A stretch of DNA of 49,078 nucleotides, the filler included, from Catajapyx aquilonaris (Eukaryota): NCBI GenBank assembly GCA_000934665.2. It is 2 parts of 2 records of this genome, joined end to end, with 100 filler letters (N's around TTAATTAATTAA, not from the genome) between each part and the next. Parts side by side here need not be neighbours in the genome. Positions count along the whole stretch, not along the records: positions 1 to 24,572 come from JYFJ02005513.1; 1 more part is not named here. One strand, 5' to 3'. Both the position numbers and the translations under genes were made by a program. The notes beneath the pieces were generated by a model. That model was not told where the DNA came from. It saw nothing but the letters and a program-made list of their open reading frames with translations, and did no database searches. Of this stretch, positions 1 through 12,818 are shown piece by piece. Numbering within the stretch: position 1 is the stretch's first letter; every line of letters begins with the position of its first letter.

Positions 1-3000
1 GGAGGGGGGCCGGGCGGGGGGAGGAGGAGTCCGGCAGGTGGGGGTGTGGGTGTGCTAGGGCCGGACCCGGGTGGAGTAGGAGGGTTGGCTCCCATCCGAG
101 AGTGCCCGACCACCTCCTGGTAAGGTGCAATGGACCATGTTGCTTTGGCAATCCGGCCGGAGAGAGAGGTCGTCATCGCCCATACCGGCCCAAATGCAAT
201 ACACTGCTGGCGGGAGGGAGGAATGCGTGCAGGTGTCTGCCCGCTCGCGGGGTTGGCCTCACGCCACTCACCTGTCACCCCAGACCAGAAGCCGGCGAAC
301 ATGACGCACATGTGCTCGCCTTCAGAATGAACAGCGGGGATGCATAATCCGCCCTATGTGCTTACAGGATAATACCACACAACAATATCCAGTATAGAGA
401 TGCAATTATGCGGATTAATGGGCCACCCTGTAATAATGCTGCGTACTGAATGTTGGCGAATCCGGGACCTATTCCGTTCGGAAGCCGACAATGTATGGAT
501 TATCCTGTTGGTTAGATGACCCCGCTGTCGTGAGTGGCATCCCGATCATCTAACTGGCAGGACATGGAGGTGTCACTGCAATACTGTCGAAAATATACGG
601 AATAGGTCAAGGAATGGCCGCAAGTGTCCATTACGCTTGAGTTACTGACCACCCGAGATGTACACGATAATATCGGTATTTTGTACAGTACAAGTGGCCC
701 TGAACAGTCGTATAGAGCTCTTTGATGTGGCGGCGAGGTTATAAGCGGCCGGAAAAACTCATATTGGACCGGTCAAAAAAAACTGAGACAAGAGTCATGT
801 TACAAAGCGAAATGTCCATTGGACTCTCTTCAGCTCCTCAACGTGACTACTGTATTCATGGCAGTTTTCCACGTCAGCCTTTCAATATGGATCGTCTTCA
901 CATTTTTGCTGGCAATAAGTTATTAGCACACTGATCCGCTTAATATGCTGACTGAGGAAGTCGTTAATCCAGACGCACATAGAACATAATAAACAGCGGC
1001 TACTTATCATGCCCGCACATACCTGCAATGTATAGAGCAAATTATGGAATTGGGTGGGAAATAGTGTTCCTCTCATTATTTCGATATAATGAATTTCCAT
1101 GTACGGATTGGCGGGCAATTTCAATCACATATTGCAACCTCTCATGTGGGAATTGCACATTTTTTTTTCCTTCTGACCCCGGGCATGGGCGATGACATCC
1201 ACTCCGACCGGGTGTTTCATTTTTGCCCCCCCAATTTGAACCAATATCTTATTGAACGTTCCTCCCCATACCCCCCTGTTCTCGATGGATCATCATCAGC
1301 TTCCCGGGCGTGAATCCGGCGGACGTCCTGGATCCCGGAATCCCGGGCGGGCCAGGGCCGGGGCCAGGGAGGGGGGCGTTCCCGCCTTGCTGTCCTTGCA
1401 GTGCGTGTCGGGAAGGGGCGGGCCAGTACCCCCTGCAGCCCTGGTCAGTCTCCATGCCGGCGAGGACCTGCGGGGGGCCTCCTCCGCCCCCGCCTCAGGG
1501 CGCCCGGGCCAGATGCCCGCCCCCAGGTCCGCCCCCGGGCCCACCTCCGGGACCGCCCCCCGGCCCGCCCCCAGGCCCGCCACCGGGGCCCCCACTCATG
1601 AATCATCACGTCCACAATGACCCGTTCTACTGCTCGCCTTTCGGGACTCCTTACTACAGGTGATTAGGCTCAGCTGATCCACCACACACCCCCCCATTCT
1701 TTCCTCTTTTTTAACCCGACACCTCCCATCAATCTTGACGTTTTGCTATCGATGGGCTGTGTTGTGTGCTGTGCTTTATATCCACCCCCTTGTATATACC
1801 CCCTAATGGCTTCTAATGTGGCAAAGAAAAAAAACATCCTCCTACTAAAGTGCCATCCAGCACGACAGCAAAATTGAATGCGATGGGCACATTAAAACAT
1901 GGCAATATTGGCTCTTAATTGTGGCGAAAAGCAGCAGGGTGTTCAAATGTGATCAGACACCCTGTAATTGCATGGCACTCAATCTGGAATTGAAACGTCG
2001 AGTTAATTTCCTTGTATAATATTGTCCTGAAGGCGTCTTCTACTGGTTCGCTATTGATACTCTGTTGGTACACTGTATCAACCGGCCCAGTAAAATAATT
2101 GTTATCCAGGGCATGGAATTGTACAAGCACTTTGTAGTTCTGTAACTGCTCAATTAGGAGCACTAATATGCTGTCTGCAATTAGCAGTGATGTGTAATAA
2201 TGACGTGCCTTTTTTTTATTTGGTACATTAACATTGTGCGGATCGAAATTACAAATCCGGCCCTAGGGTGGTGCTCGTGTGGGCCAACGCCTATGACCAG
2301 CATGTGATAGGAGTATTGGGGGAGGAGGAATGGCTTTCTAGTTGAAAAACGATTGCAGATGTCTGTCAGATTGTTTAACAACCCCCAGCGGCACTTAGTT
2401 ATTGCATGCCACTTTTTCCTGTCAGAGTCCCCCCCCTCTAATAACACAAATCAAGTTTTTGGCCTGCATATGGAATAATTGAGAGTGTATGATATTTCGT
2501 TGGTGTGAATGGGAAGCTCTTCTAATCTCCGTTCCCTCTCTGCCACTTCTGCTGTTGAAATTCAATGACTGGCGCAATCCACTTGCAGAGGGGAAGAAAA
2601 AAAATATTCGGAAGAGGATGAGGATTGGACTGTGACAAGTTGGGAGGGGTGGAATAGGACCAAAAAAAAAAAATTAAAAATCAATGGTACTGTTGATGAA
2701 ATGCCATGGTTCGTTTTAGTTCATTATGACAGAAAAATTGAATTTGGGATTCTAAAGAGGAAGTGTTTCTTGCTGGCAGAAAGAAACAGCCTATTTCGTT
2801 CTCAATTGGTTGGGGGGGAATGCTGAGAGAGATTGTGGGCGAGTTGAACATAATCATGGATTAACAATGGTGGAGGTCAATCTAATAAGGATGCCTAAGT
2901 GGAGCGAGATTATTGAGCAATTGGCGTGTGATCATCGTACATGTTCTACTTGGGAGTGCTTGCGTTGTTGCCATTGGCGAAGAATGTTGGAGATGAGACA

Positions 3001-6000
3001 CTGAGAAATAATAATGTCTTGTAACATTTACATATGTTTTGAACGGAGCAACTAACCTATTGAGTAGATCTCTTCCCCTTCCCAGGAGGCACACACCCTA
3101 CTTCGGCCAGCCCGACTACAGAATATATGAGCTGAACAAGCGGTTACAGCAGCGAACTGAGGTAACCAACTCGACATGTTTGACAAAATTGTAGCTGTGA
3201 TGAGCCAATGAAGTATTAAACAACTGCTTGTTTTTCAGGAAAGTGACAACCTCTGGTGGGATGCCTTTGCAACCGAGTTCTTTGAGGATGACGCCACCTT
3301 AACACTTACCTTCTGCCTCGAAGATGGGCCAAAGAGATATAGTGAGTAAAAGTTTTTAAAATTCATTAGTCACAGATTCTGAATTATTGTTCCTTAGGCA
3401 AATAAAATCTCTGCAAATCTTATTATTCAGATTTCAGTGGTGTCCTGTAATATCAGTTAACAGTAAATAATGATGGAAAACATGCAGAGAATATCTAACT
3501 TTTGAACAGTTTGGTATTTTATGTAGTGCAATGCAAGGTCTTTTGAAATTTTACATGAATAGTTGCATGGGGTTCAATATATTGCATACAGGATAATTTA
3601 CTGTAGTATATGTTCTGGATAATTTGGACCTAGGGGAGACTTTGTTTACATGAATAGTAACCACATACTACTTGTAGTAATTTAAAATGATTTAATGCAT
3701 ATTAGCTCGATCAAATGAAAATGTTACTTTTACCTAACAATGCATTTGGGATAGGGCTCAATTATAGGGGAAATCGTGTGGACTTATAACTTCAGAGAGT
3801 TTGACTGTTGGTGGAATGAGTGTCTGACAGCGTCATCTATTTAAAGATGATGGCATACCTTCAGCCATTCACCAAACTGGGAATGGTGTTATTCTTTTTT
3901 GCACATAGAACAGCAGGAACAAAACCCAACAAAATGTAGCAAACAATGCAAGCACAATATGGATCTGACATTCCACTGGCCTCTCTCGCAGACAGATACC
4001 ATCTTTTGAAATCCTTACTGCTCATGAACAGATGACAGCAAGGTATATGGCAGGTCCGTATATATAGTACCCATGCCTTAACAGATATATATACATTTTG
4101 ATGGGTTTCATCTGTTCTATGCCCAAAACCAAATAACAGGACTCTCCTCCTCCTTGGTGCACATCAGAAGGGGGTCCTTCATCTTTGCACTGCTACTGTA
4201 TGACTTACATTCCATCAATTGGAAAACTGCTGAACTTATGAGCACCGTATGAGTCTGAACTGTGCCTTCACTTTTTCTGATTTTCATTTGATCCACCTTT
4301 GTACGGTGAAATTCCACAAATGCATTCAACTGAGATACTCACTAATGAAGCCTCTGTCATTTTCCTTCCAGCTATAGGACGGACGTTGATACCACGCTAC
4401 TTCCGCAGCATATTCGAAGGTGGTGTGACCGAGCTCTATTACAACCTGAAACACCCGAAAGAATCCTTCCACAACACAAGCATCACCCTGGACTGCGACC
4501 AGTGCACGATGGTGACGCATCATGGAAAGCCTATGTTCACCAAGGTACACGGTCTCATTACAGTGTGTCAAACTGATTATGAAAACTGGTTGCTCCCCAC
4601 AAAAAATAGTGATTTCAATTGGGCCAGTTCCTAAACCCACAGGTGTGCACTGAGGGCCGGCTGATACTGGAGTTCACCTTTGATGACCTGATGCGGATCA
4701 AGTCATGGCACTTTGCAGTGCGGACCCACCGGGAGCTCATACCTAGGTCGGTCATCGCAATGCATTCTCAGCAGGACCCAGGCATGCTGGAGCAACTTGC
4801 CAAAAACATCACCAGGCAGGGGATCACCAACTCAACCCTCAACTACCTCAGGGTGAGCGTCTTTGGCCAACTCATTGATGCTCTTCACTTATTCGTACAC
4901 ATTTATAGTACCGACAGGTACAACTTCTTTGAAACTGGATTATGCTGCTTTACTTTTGAAATTGAGACTTAATTATGGCATGTGGCAGCAATTAAGTTTT
5001 AATACATTAGCAATAATGAATGGTTTTTGACCTCCTTGGGGCATGTTTATCTGCTCCTTATTGCCACCCTGTGATGGGCTACAAATGTAATGTTGATTGT
5101 GTACAAGCCTCTGAAACTATTCTTAGTGAGTGATACTCCCATCACAAGTAGTCTACATCACTTAAGTGACTTTTCAGTGTCCAATGATAACCCTTACCAA
5201 GGCCATTCAAACTAAATGTCCATTCGCACCAGCACGCAGCGCTTGGTCACAGCCTGCCTGTAATTTATGTCCCTTTGGCTTATCATCAACTAATGGCTAT
5301 GATATCCCCATACCAATAAATTCACTGCAGCCGAGTTTGGACACAAATCATAATTTAGCCTTTCCATTAATGTGACATCCAGGCCATAATTTGTTCTTTG
5401 AGGGCAGTTCAATAAATGAAATATCTTATCTGGACATGGCCGGGAACTTGTGAGAACCGACCAAGATGGTGATAAGCTCCTTGCACGAAGGGAATAATTT
5501 TCTTCAAGGTGTTTGTCACATAGTGGACAGTGGGGCTATGCATTTACATGGCTACTTGCATTATTGTATTATTGTGCTGCATTTTATTTTGAGATATACA
5601 GTTGCATGTGTTGATAATTGTATGATCTGATGGCCGTAAATTTTATGGGAGGGAGATATTGATAGACGAGAGTGGATATAGTCATGCAATTATGTTTTGC
5701 TTGCGACATATGGATACAATGGGAATGTAATTATGCACTGCATGCGATGGTGATATTGGTTGGCCTCTAACTGCCTTGTTTTCTCATCTGCAGCTGTGCG
5801 TGATTCTGGAGCCGATGCAGGAGCTAATGTCTCGGCACAAAGCCTATGCCCTCAGCCCTCGTGACTGCCTGAAGACCACCCTGTTCCAAAAGTGGCAGAG
5901 GATGGTGGCCCCTCCAGGTAGGGAAGGAGGCAGTAAGTGCAACTTTCTTCTTTCTTGAATTCGTTTGTTTGGTTGCCTGTAATTTGTTTGGACAGTGTCT

Positions 6001-7630
6001 CACCCTTTGCGCCCCAGTGCTTCCCAATCTGACCCCATCCTGTCAAACAGTAGTAGTATTTTTGTACAGTTTGTCTTCTGGTAGCCTCCTAAATAGTTGA
6101 GCGCATATGTCAAGCAAGGCTTGGGTACAGTTTACTGGCCACAGTTTAGTTCGAATCTGCATTTTGTGTCCACGCCTTCATAATCCACCCCTGCATTACG
6201 CCTACCTAGGTTATAATATATTATGCACCTTAACATAACATGATATTTTCTGATGAATCCGTCCACATATTAAAAGGCACATTGTCATTGATGGATGGAA
6301 ACTGTAAGCCTTGCAGGTGTTGGTTTGGTATGTGTTAAACACATTAAATAAATCCTCTGCATGATAATACCATATATGCAAGACATGTGTTTTACAAGTG
6401 TATGGCTACTTACCGAAGTAAAGTCTCTCTTGGAATGCCTTGAAGCTGTATCTGGCCGTTGACATCTGCTGCTTTTGGGGAAAATAGTTCTACATATAAA
6501 TCACTATATTTGATATGTCCCTACATTAGTTGTCGGAAAGTACAGACATGTATAGTCTACAATGTGTGCTGGAAACTGTAAGTTAGACTTAATGTGGGAG
6601 ATGTTGCACATGTAATTGATAGCAAGACTCGAGCACTTCACTATAAGGTTAATTCTACACCTGGCTATATCTGGCTCAGACATACCTGGCTTGTGTTAAT
6701 ACAGGAGGAATGTGGTAATAGGGGGAAGGGCCAATTTGGTGCAGCCTTGTGAGAGAGGAATGTATTTGCTGTAATTCTTCATTTAACGGAGAACTTCATG
6801 GCGCACTGCAATTGGCCAATTCCCCAGTTGTCCCCCTTATCAGCATAAGTCAGCTCAGAGTGAGCCAGCTACAACCGGCAAACGGGTGCAGCTGCATATC
6901 CTTTTTTTATAGTTGGAATTGATAGTCAACATTTGGGGAGAGACAAAAAGCCGCCAGCACCAGAGTTGAATGCAGCGCAGCCCAAAAGCAAGTTGTAGAA
7001 CAAAACCCGCCAAACTTAGCGTGTAATTCTTGGTGTTGTATTATTATTCCTTGTCTTCCTTCTTGTTTCCTTTTCTCCTCCGCAGAATCCCAACGTCCAC
7101 AAAGCAAGCGCAGGAAGCGCAAAGGGTCTCAGTCCGGGGCTGCAGCCAACAACACCCCTCCAGCCCCAAATAAGAAGCGATCGCCTGGACCAAACTTCTC
7201 CCTTGCATCACAGGTGAGGTAAAGGTGACCCCCTCTTCCTCCCACCCTTTTGACCTAAGATCAGTCACAAGCTAAGTCACTGCACATAATTAGAGTTTCC
7301 CAGCTACCTTGCCTTTCCCTGAACGTTGACAAGAGCGCACCCACCCAATTTTTTGCACCTTCTAACCAACAGGACGTGATGGTTGTGGGCGAGCCCTCCC
7401 TGATGGGTGGAGAGTTTGGGGACGAGGATGAGCGCTTGATCACTCGCCTGGAGAACACGCAGTATGATGCTGCTAACAGCATGGAGGAGAACAACTTCAG
7501 TGACTCCCCAATGACCAGCGGGACCAACTCTTGGGCCGGCTCGGGAGGGGAGAGATCTGTTGGGACGGCCCAGGGAAACACCCCTACGAGCCAGGACTCT
7601 GACAAGAAATCACCCGCAGTTAGCCAATAA
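1..7630 (+). CDS. LDB: LIM domain-binding protein (Chip/LDB1/LDB2 family), 5'-partial, spliced
   Basis: Exons <1-119, 1300-1659, 3086-3161, 3239-3341, 4372-4544, 4643-4852, 5794-5917, 7086-7213, 7373-7630, all GT-AG and phase-compatible. Translation has RRHTPYFGQPDYRIYELNKRLQQRTEESDNLWWDAFATEFFEDD (dimerisation domain), LCVILEPMQELMSRHK (LCCD), NLS KRRKRK and the LIM-interaction domain DVMVVGEPSLMGGEFGDEDERLITRLENTQY. The first two exons are less certain. Confidence 0.96.
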
Positions 7631-10570
7631 GAGTGCAGAGTGTAAGACGGGTGATTCTTTTGTGGGGCAAACGGACCAGTGTGAGATGGACCCCCAATTA
7701 TCGTGTCTTTTTTTAAGAAACCATTATTTTTTGGTTTGCGCGGGGTGGGGTTTACAGACTGAAAGTGTGGTTTTTTTTTTGGTTTCTTTTTGGTGAGAAG
7801 CATATAAGCAGTGCGTCTTGCGGTGTGTGTTTGGTCCCTTTTACCTGCAGGATTCAAGTCTCATTTTGCATCTGCCCAATAATTATTGCTGCATCTTGCA
7901 GTTACTTACAGGTCAAATGCAAAGTGGTGCATTGGTTCTCCTGAAAACAAAAGGATTGAGCACATATCACGAGACACACTGTACAGTATATAAGTTACAT
8001 GACAGGCTGTCTGTGGATAGGGTTTTGGATCTCACGAGGTGAGGGGTACTTAAGAAAGTGCAAGTTCCATACATGGGAATTGACCTTTCCTTTGCATTTA
8101 TTTGTCGGAGTGAGTGGCTCATTTTGTGCTCGAGAAGTGACCTAACTTAAACCCAAAGCACCAAAGACAACAGCATGACAACGTCTTGCGAAGACGGCAA
8201 AAAAAAAAAAAAAAAAAACAATTGACCCTTGCGGTCATGATTCTGATTATATCCAGTGACTGAAGAAATGCAACACGCTATTCCCAGGCAGCCCGGTACA
8301 CAGTACATGATAAATAAATACATAATTATTATACATGAACATATAAAAGGTGAGTTTCACATTTGTATTATTAGAAACTTTTTTGTGGGGAAATTTTTTA
8401 TTTCTCAGAAATGACAAACAAAAAAAAGCTCTCTTTTCTGAAAAGGGGTTGAGATACCAGAGAAAATAAAGTCCCAACCCATCACTTCTTTTCAATGGAC
8501 CTGAGTGGAGGGGAAGATTTTTTACTAAGAAAAATAAGTGACAAACCCGAGATCTGATCGACTTTATTTTATTTCGGAACAATTTTTTAAAAATATTCTT
8601 TTGGCTGTCTCGCTCTCTCTCTATCTCTCTTTCTGAGTCTCCTCTCGTATCTCAAACTATATTGTCTGTCTCTTAGGGGGGGGCCAATTTTTTGGATGTG
8701 TGGCCAAGAATCAAAAAAAAAAGAAAGAAAAGAATTTTTCGTTCAATTTCAAACAAATGTGTAGTGTGAGAGTTATGTTTTTTTTTTTGTTATATTTCTT
8801 AATTCCCATACTTTGGTTTTTGTACGTGATTATCACCGAATGTGTGTTAGTGTGTAGGGACAGTAGGTTGGAAGTATTACATTCACAAAGAGTACATCAC
8901 ACCATTTTTTGTCATTCATTTTTTTTTTTTCCTCCTTCTCCAAAGTTCATTCATTGTAATACCATCACGATTGATATTTATTACTTCAAATCCATGACAG
9001 TATTTTCCTCTCACTTTTTTGGAGAAACTTTTTCCTAGTGCTTTTTAAAAATCTGAGATAGCATTTTTCTCCCCAGTTTCTATTTTCTCCTTCCCCCCCT
9101 TTTAAAAAGGAAAAAAAAATAACAATAATATTAAGAAATATATATAAAAAAAAGATCTTGGAGTGACTTTTATGTATGTGCAGACACACAACCGATGTAC
9201 AGTACCTGTGTTATTATTATTATTACTATTATTATCATATTATATTATTAGTTTTTAAAGGTGAACCTTTAATTACAGTAATTATATGATGGGTAAACTG
9301 CCAGGCTTTCGTTTTATGAAAGGACGATTCTCTCTTTTATTTTTTAGTTATTTTGTTTTGTGTTTTTATTATTTTGTTTCTGGGTTGTTGGAATCTCTGC
9401 AAGCAAATCATACCCCAGTTTCTCCCCCGGAAAAAAACAACAACAACTTTACAAACACTTTCAATCCCCCCCCTACTTTTGCAATGGGAGGTGTTCCCTT
9501 ATAGAATAAACCAAGAGAGAAAAAAAAAGCAATTCATTCCAACTTAACTGTCTTTTTATCTCAGCATATTAACAGTTTACACCCTTTTGTAGTATCCAAA
9601 TCCCCCTGTTTTTTTTAAAAAAAAAGAAACAACCAAGTGACTGGGGGGGAAATTAAATCAAAAAAAAATTGTGGTACCAACTTGAGTGTAAGTTATTATT
9701 ACATTTGCAGCGACGAGCCGTGATTGCCCGGTGTTTTAATAAAGGACAATTTATTCATTTTTTTTTGTTCATTTAGTATAGGGCTACTTCACGGCACGGC
9801 ACTGTACATTTTGTGAAGTGTAATAGAAAAAAACGGAATGGATGATGAGCTGCAGTATAAGTTGAGAAAAAAATAAATAAATAATGAAGAGTGGGTTGGG
9901 TATGTGATGGGCTGCCAATTGGCTGGGATTGTCCCCACCGTTTTATAATAATATAGAAAAAACAAAAATGGATTTTCAGGAAGAAAAAAAAAGCACCTTT
10001 AAAAAAAAAAGAATATTTTTTCATAGGGTCCCCTAGTTATGGCTGTGTATTTTTCAACCCCCTTCTCCGCCACCCCACCAAAAACTCAATGCGTTACAAC
10101 TGCGAAAAGTTCAAATTTAACCCTCAATTTTAATTTCCAATCTTAATTAAATTTGGTTGGTTTCTTTTTGGCAGCCACACCCAATTATTTTTTTGCATTG
10201 TGCTAATTTTTCTGTCCGTTTTTTTTTTCTCGACATGGTTTTGACAATGATAAATGTGATACACCACAAAAAAAAAAAACTGGCAGTATTTGAGTATTCA
10301 TATGTGAATCGTGAGGTATGGTTTGCGGGGGGGAAAAAAATAAACAAGGAATCGTTTTCTGTATGTATGCTGTCCTGTAGAGAGAAAAAAAAAGACAATA
10401 CAAAAAAAAAAGCTGAAAAGGACTTTCCCCATTGGTGTTATTTCCAACCCTGCATTTTTATGTCGTATTTCCAACTGACTGGGTGCGTCCGAATTGATAT
10501 CGACTTGTGACGTAATCGTAGTGCTATTCGTACGCGGACGGTGATATCCAGATGAAGATGAAGAGTTCAG

Positions 10571-11861
10571 ATGATCGGTCGCTTGTTTAATGCGAGGATG
10601 GCCAGCCAAGACGTGGCCAAGAGTCTGAGGGTGGTCAGGGAAAGGGTCAAGGCTGCTGAGCTGAGGAGGAAACCGGTGAGGTCACTAACAGAGGTCAAAA
10701 GGTTGAACTGCTGAAGCATTTAAATAATTTGCAGGATTTGCCACATGTTGAGTCAAGACTGGTTGCGGTGAGCAAGACCAAACCGAAGGAGTGCGTGATT
10801 GATGCGTACAGAGCAGGGCAGCGGCACTTTGGTGAGAATTACGTGCAGGAGCTGGTGGACAAGGCGGGGGATCCGGAGGTTGAGGCGGAGTGCGGGGAGA
10901 TACTCTGGCACTTTATAGGGAACCTGCAGAGGAATAAGGTCAACAAGCTGGTCGGGGTTAAGCGGCTGCATATGGTTGAGACGCTGGATAGTCAGAAGTT
11001 GGCGCAGGCTCTGGATGGCGGTTGGGGGAAGGCGGGAAGGGAAGGGAGGCTGAAGGTCATGGTGCAGGTCAACACTAGCGGGGAGGACAGTTAGTATCGG
11101 GTTTCATTCGCTGTCTTACCTACTCTGGCTAGGAGTGAGTCGTTTTTTGATTTGCAGGTAAGAATGGTTGCAACCCATCGCATGTGGGAGAGCTTGTCCA
11201 GTTTGTAACGGAGAAGTGTCCACACCTGCAGTTCGTAGGGCTAATGACAATTGGGGCCATTCAGCACCAGGCCGGGGATGGCACCAACCCTGACTTCAAG
11301 GTACATGCCTCCACAATCACTCATGCCATTAATAATTGGATTATGTTATGCAATAATGCGTCTGCCCAACAAAAAATCTCACATGTTACCCAAGGGATCA
11401 TACTTCATTCAGTACTTCATTAAAATCAATCTGCCAAAATCTGCATACTTCTGCCATAAATGATGGAAATGGACACTTCAGGTGTGACATTCAAAGCCCT
11501 TTGTCTCAAAACTGTTCTCATGTGGATTGACTCATTATTGCATGTCACTGTCCAATTGGCCTCAATGGGTAGATATTTGGGTTAATTGATGCTTTTCTGG
11601 CAGTGTCTTGGAGAATGCAGGAGTCAGGTGTGTGAGAGCCTTGGGCTTCAGGTGGACCAAGTCGAACTTTCCATGGGGATGTCGTCTGATTTTGAACATG
11701 CCGTGAGTACACAATAGATTCGTCCTCCTGTATTAGTATGAAATGTTAAATGCTGAATTTTGTATTTCCAGATTGAACTTGGAAGCACCAACGTGAGAGT
11801 TGGCAGCACCATCTTTGGCTCCAGAAATGCTTTAGTGGTGGGATCTGGCGATACCAAATGA
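10571..11861 (+). CDS. PLPBP: Pyridoxal phosphate homeostasis protein (PLPBP/PROSC/YggS family)
   Basis: Exons 10571(or 10598)-10675, 10735-11089, 11158-11300, 11604-11702, 11772-11861. Motifs [10 protein letters not shown] (PLP lysine), [61 protein letters not shown] at ~11915. Confidence 0.96.
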
Positions 11862-12023
11862 AGAGGACACTCTTTGTACAAAATAATAATTCTGTGGCGG
11901 TGTTGTACAGTGACAATAAACGATTTCCTGTAGGTTTCTTTTAGAAACATTCGTATTGTTGTAGAGGGCTTTACAAGTCTGTCTGACAGTTTGTTTTATG
12001 TTTTTCATTACAGTCTGATATAC

Positions 12024-12172
12024 GTACTATCAGGTTCAAATACTTTAGGCCACTTTAATCCTGGTCTTGAAGCAACCCTTCGCACAGACCCTACGCTAAG
12101 GAGGTGTGTGTTTGTGAAGGGTTGCTTCAAGACCAGGATAAAGTGGCCAAAAGTATTTGAACCCGATAGTAC
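12024..12172. mobile_element. Palindromic MITE-like hairpin (~150 bp)
   Basis: gtactatcaggttcaaatactttaggccactttaatcctggtcttgaagcaacccttc ... gaagggttgcttcaagaccaggataaagtggccaaaagtatttgaacccgatagtac: ~60-bp near-perfect inverted arms, TA at both ends. Confidence 0.75.
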
Positions 12173-12818
12173 AGCAGGTGTTTTTGACAAGGAGATATGG
12201 TACCCTTTACAGTGTAACTTGTAACTGGAGATTTTAAGGATTCATGATGGTAATTGCAGTTGCAGTGCAAGTCAGGTTTACAAAGTCATGTTTTAAGTCT
12301 GGTTATGTCATCAGATTCACATGATTGCAAAATGGATGACTTTGTGATCCTGTGAGTTAGGCAACCAACACTACAAGTGCATCCTTGAAAATATAGAGTA
12401 AGCAGGGTGTGAGCACATGTGTGAGTGACCAGTAAGGTGCAAGGACATGATGCCATCAGCACCATCATTTCGGGTGGCAAATAGTGTCATGGTCAGCCCA
12501 TTCGAAACCACAGTACAAGCTAAAATTATCCATGTGTACTGTATAGTGTATACTCACCTGCTGGACCCCACCCTGGACATGTCCTCTTCCTGGGCTCGTG
12601 TCGTGACCACTCCTTTTTATTGTCGGCCACAATTCGATGCATAATTATTTGGAGATAAGGAGCCCCTGCCGACACAACCTTCGCAGAATCCGCGGTTGTT
12701 GACAATGTGCGGATCTTTAATATATTCCCTTCCGTGCTGACCAGAGGCCAGGGAAGTGCCGCTACCAGTGAGTTGCGGTACATTACTGACATGGCAGTCA
12801 CGTAAGGTGCCAAACATT

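Noticed and set aside
8247..10510. Several 60-117 aa Phe/Lys-rich ORFs
   Set aside because: Arise from poly-A/T runs in the probable LDB 3' UTR; no protein-like composition.
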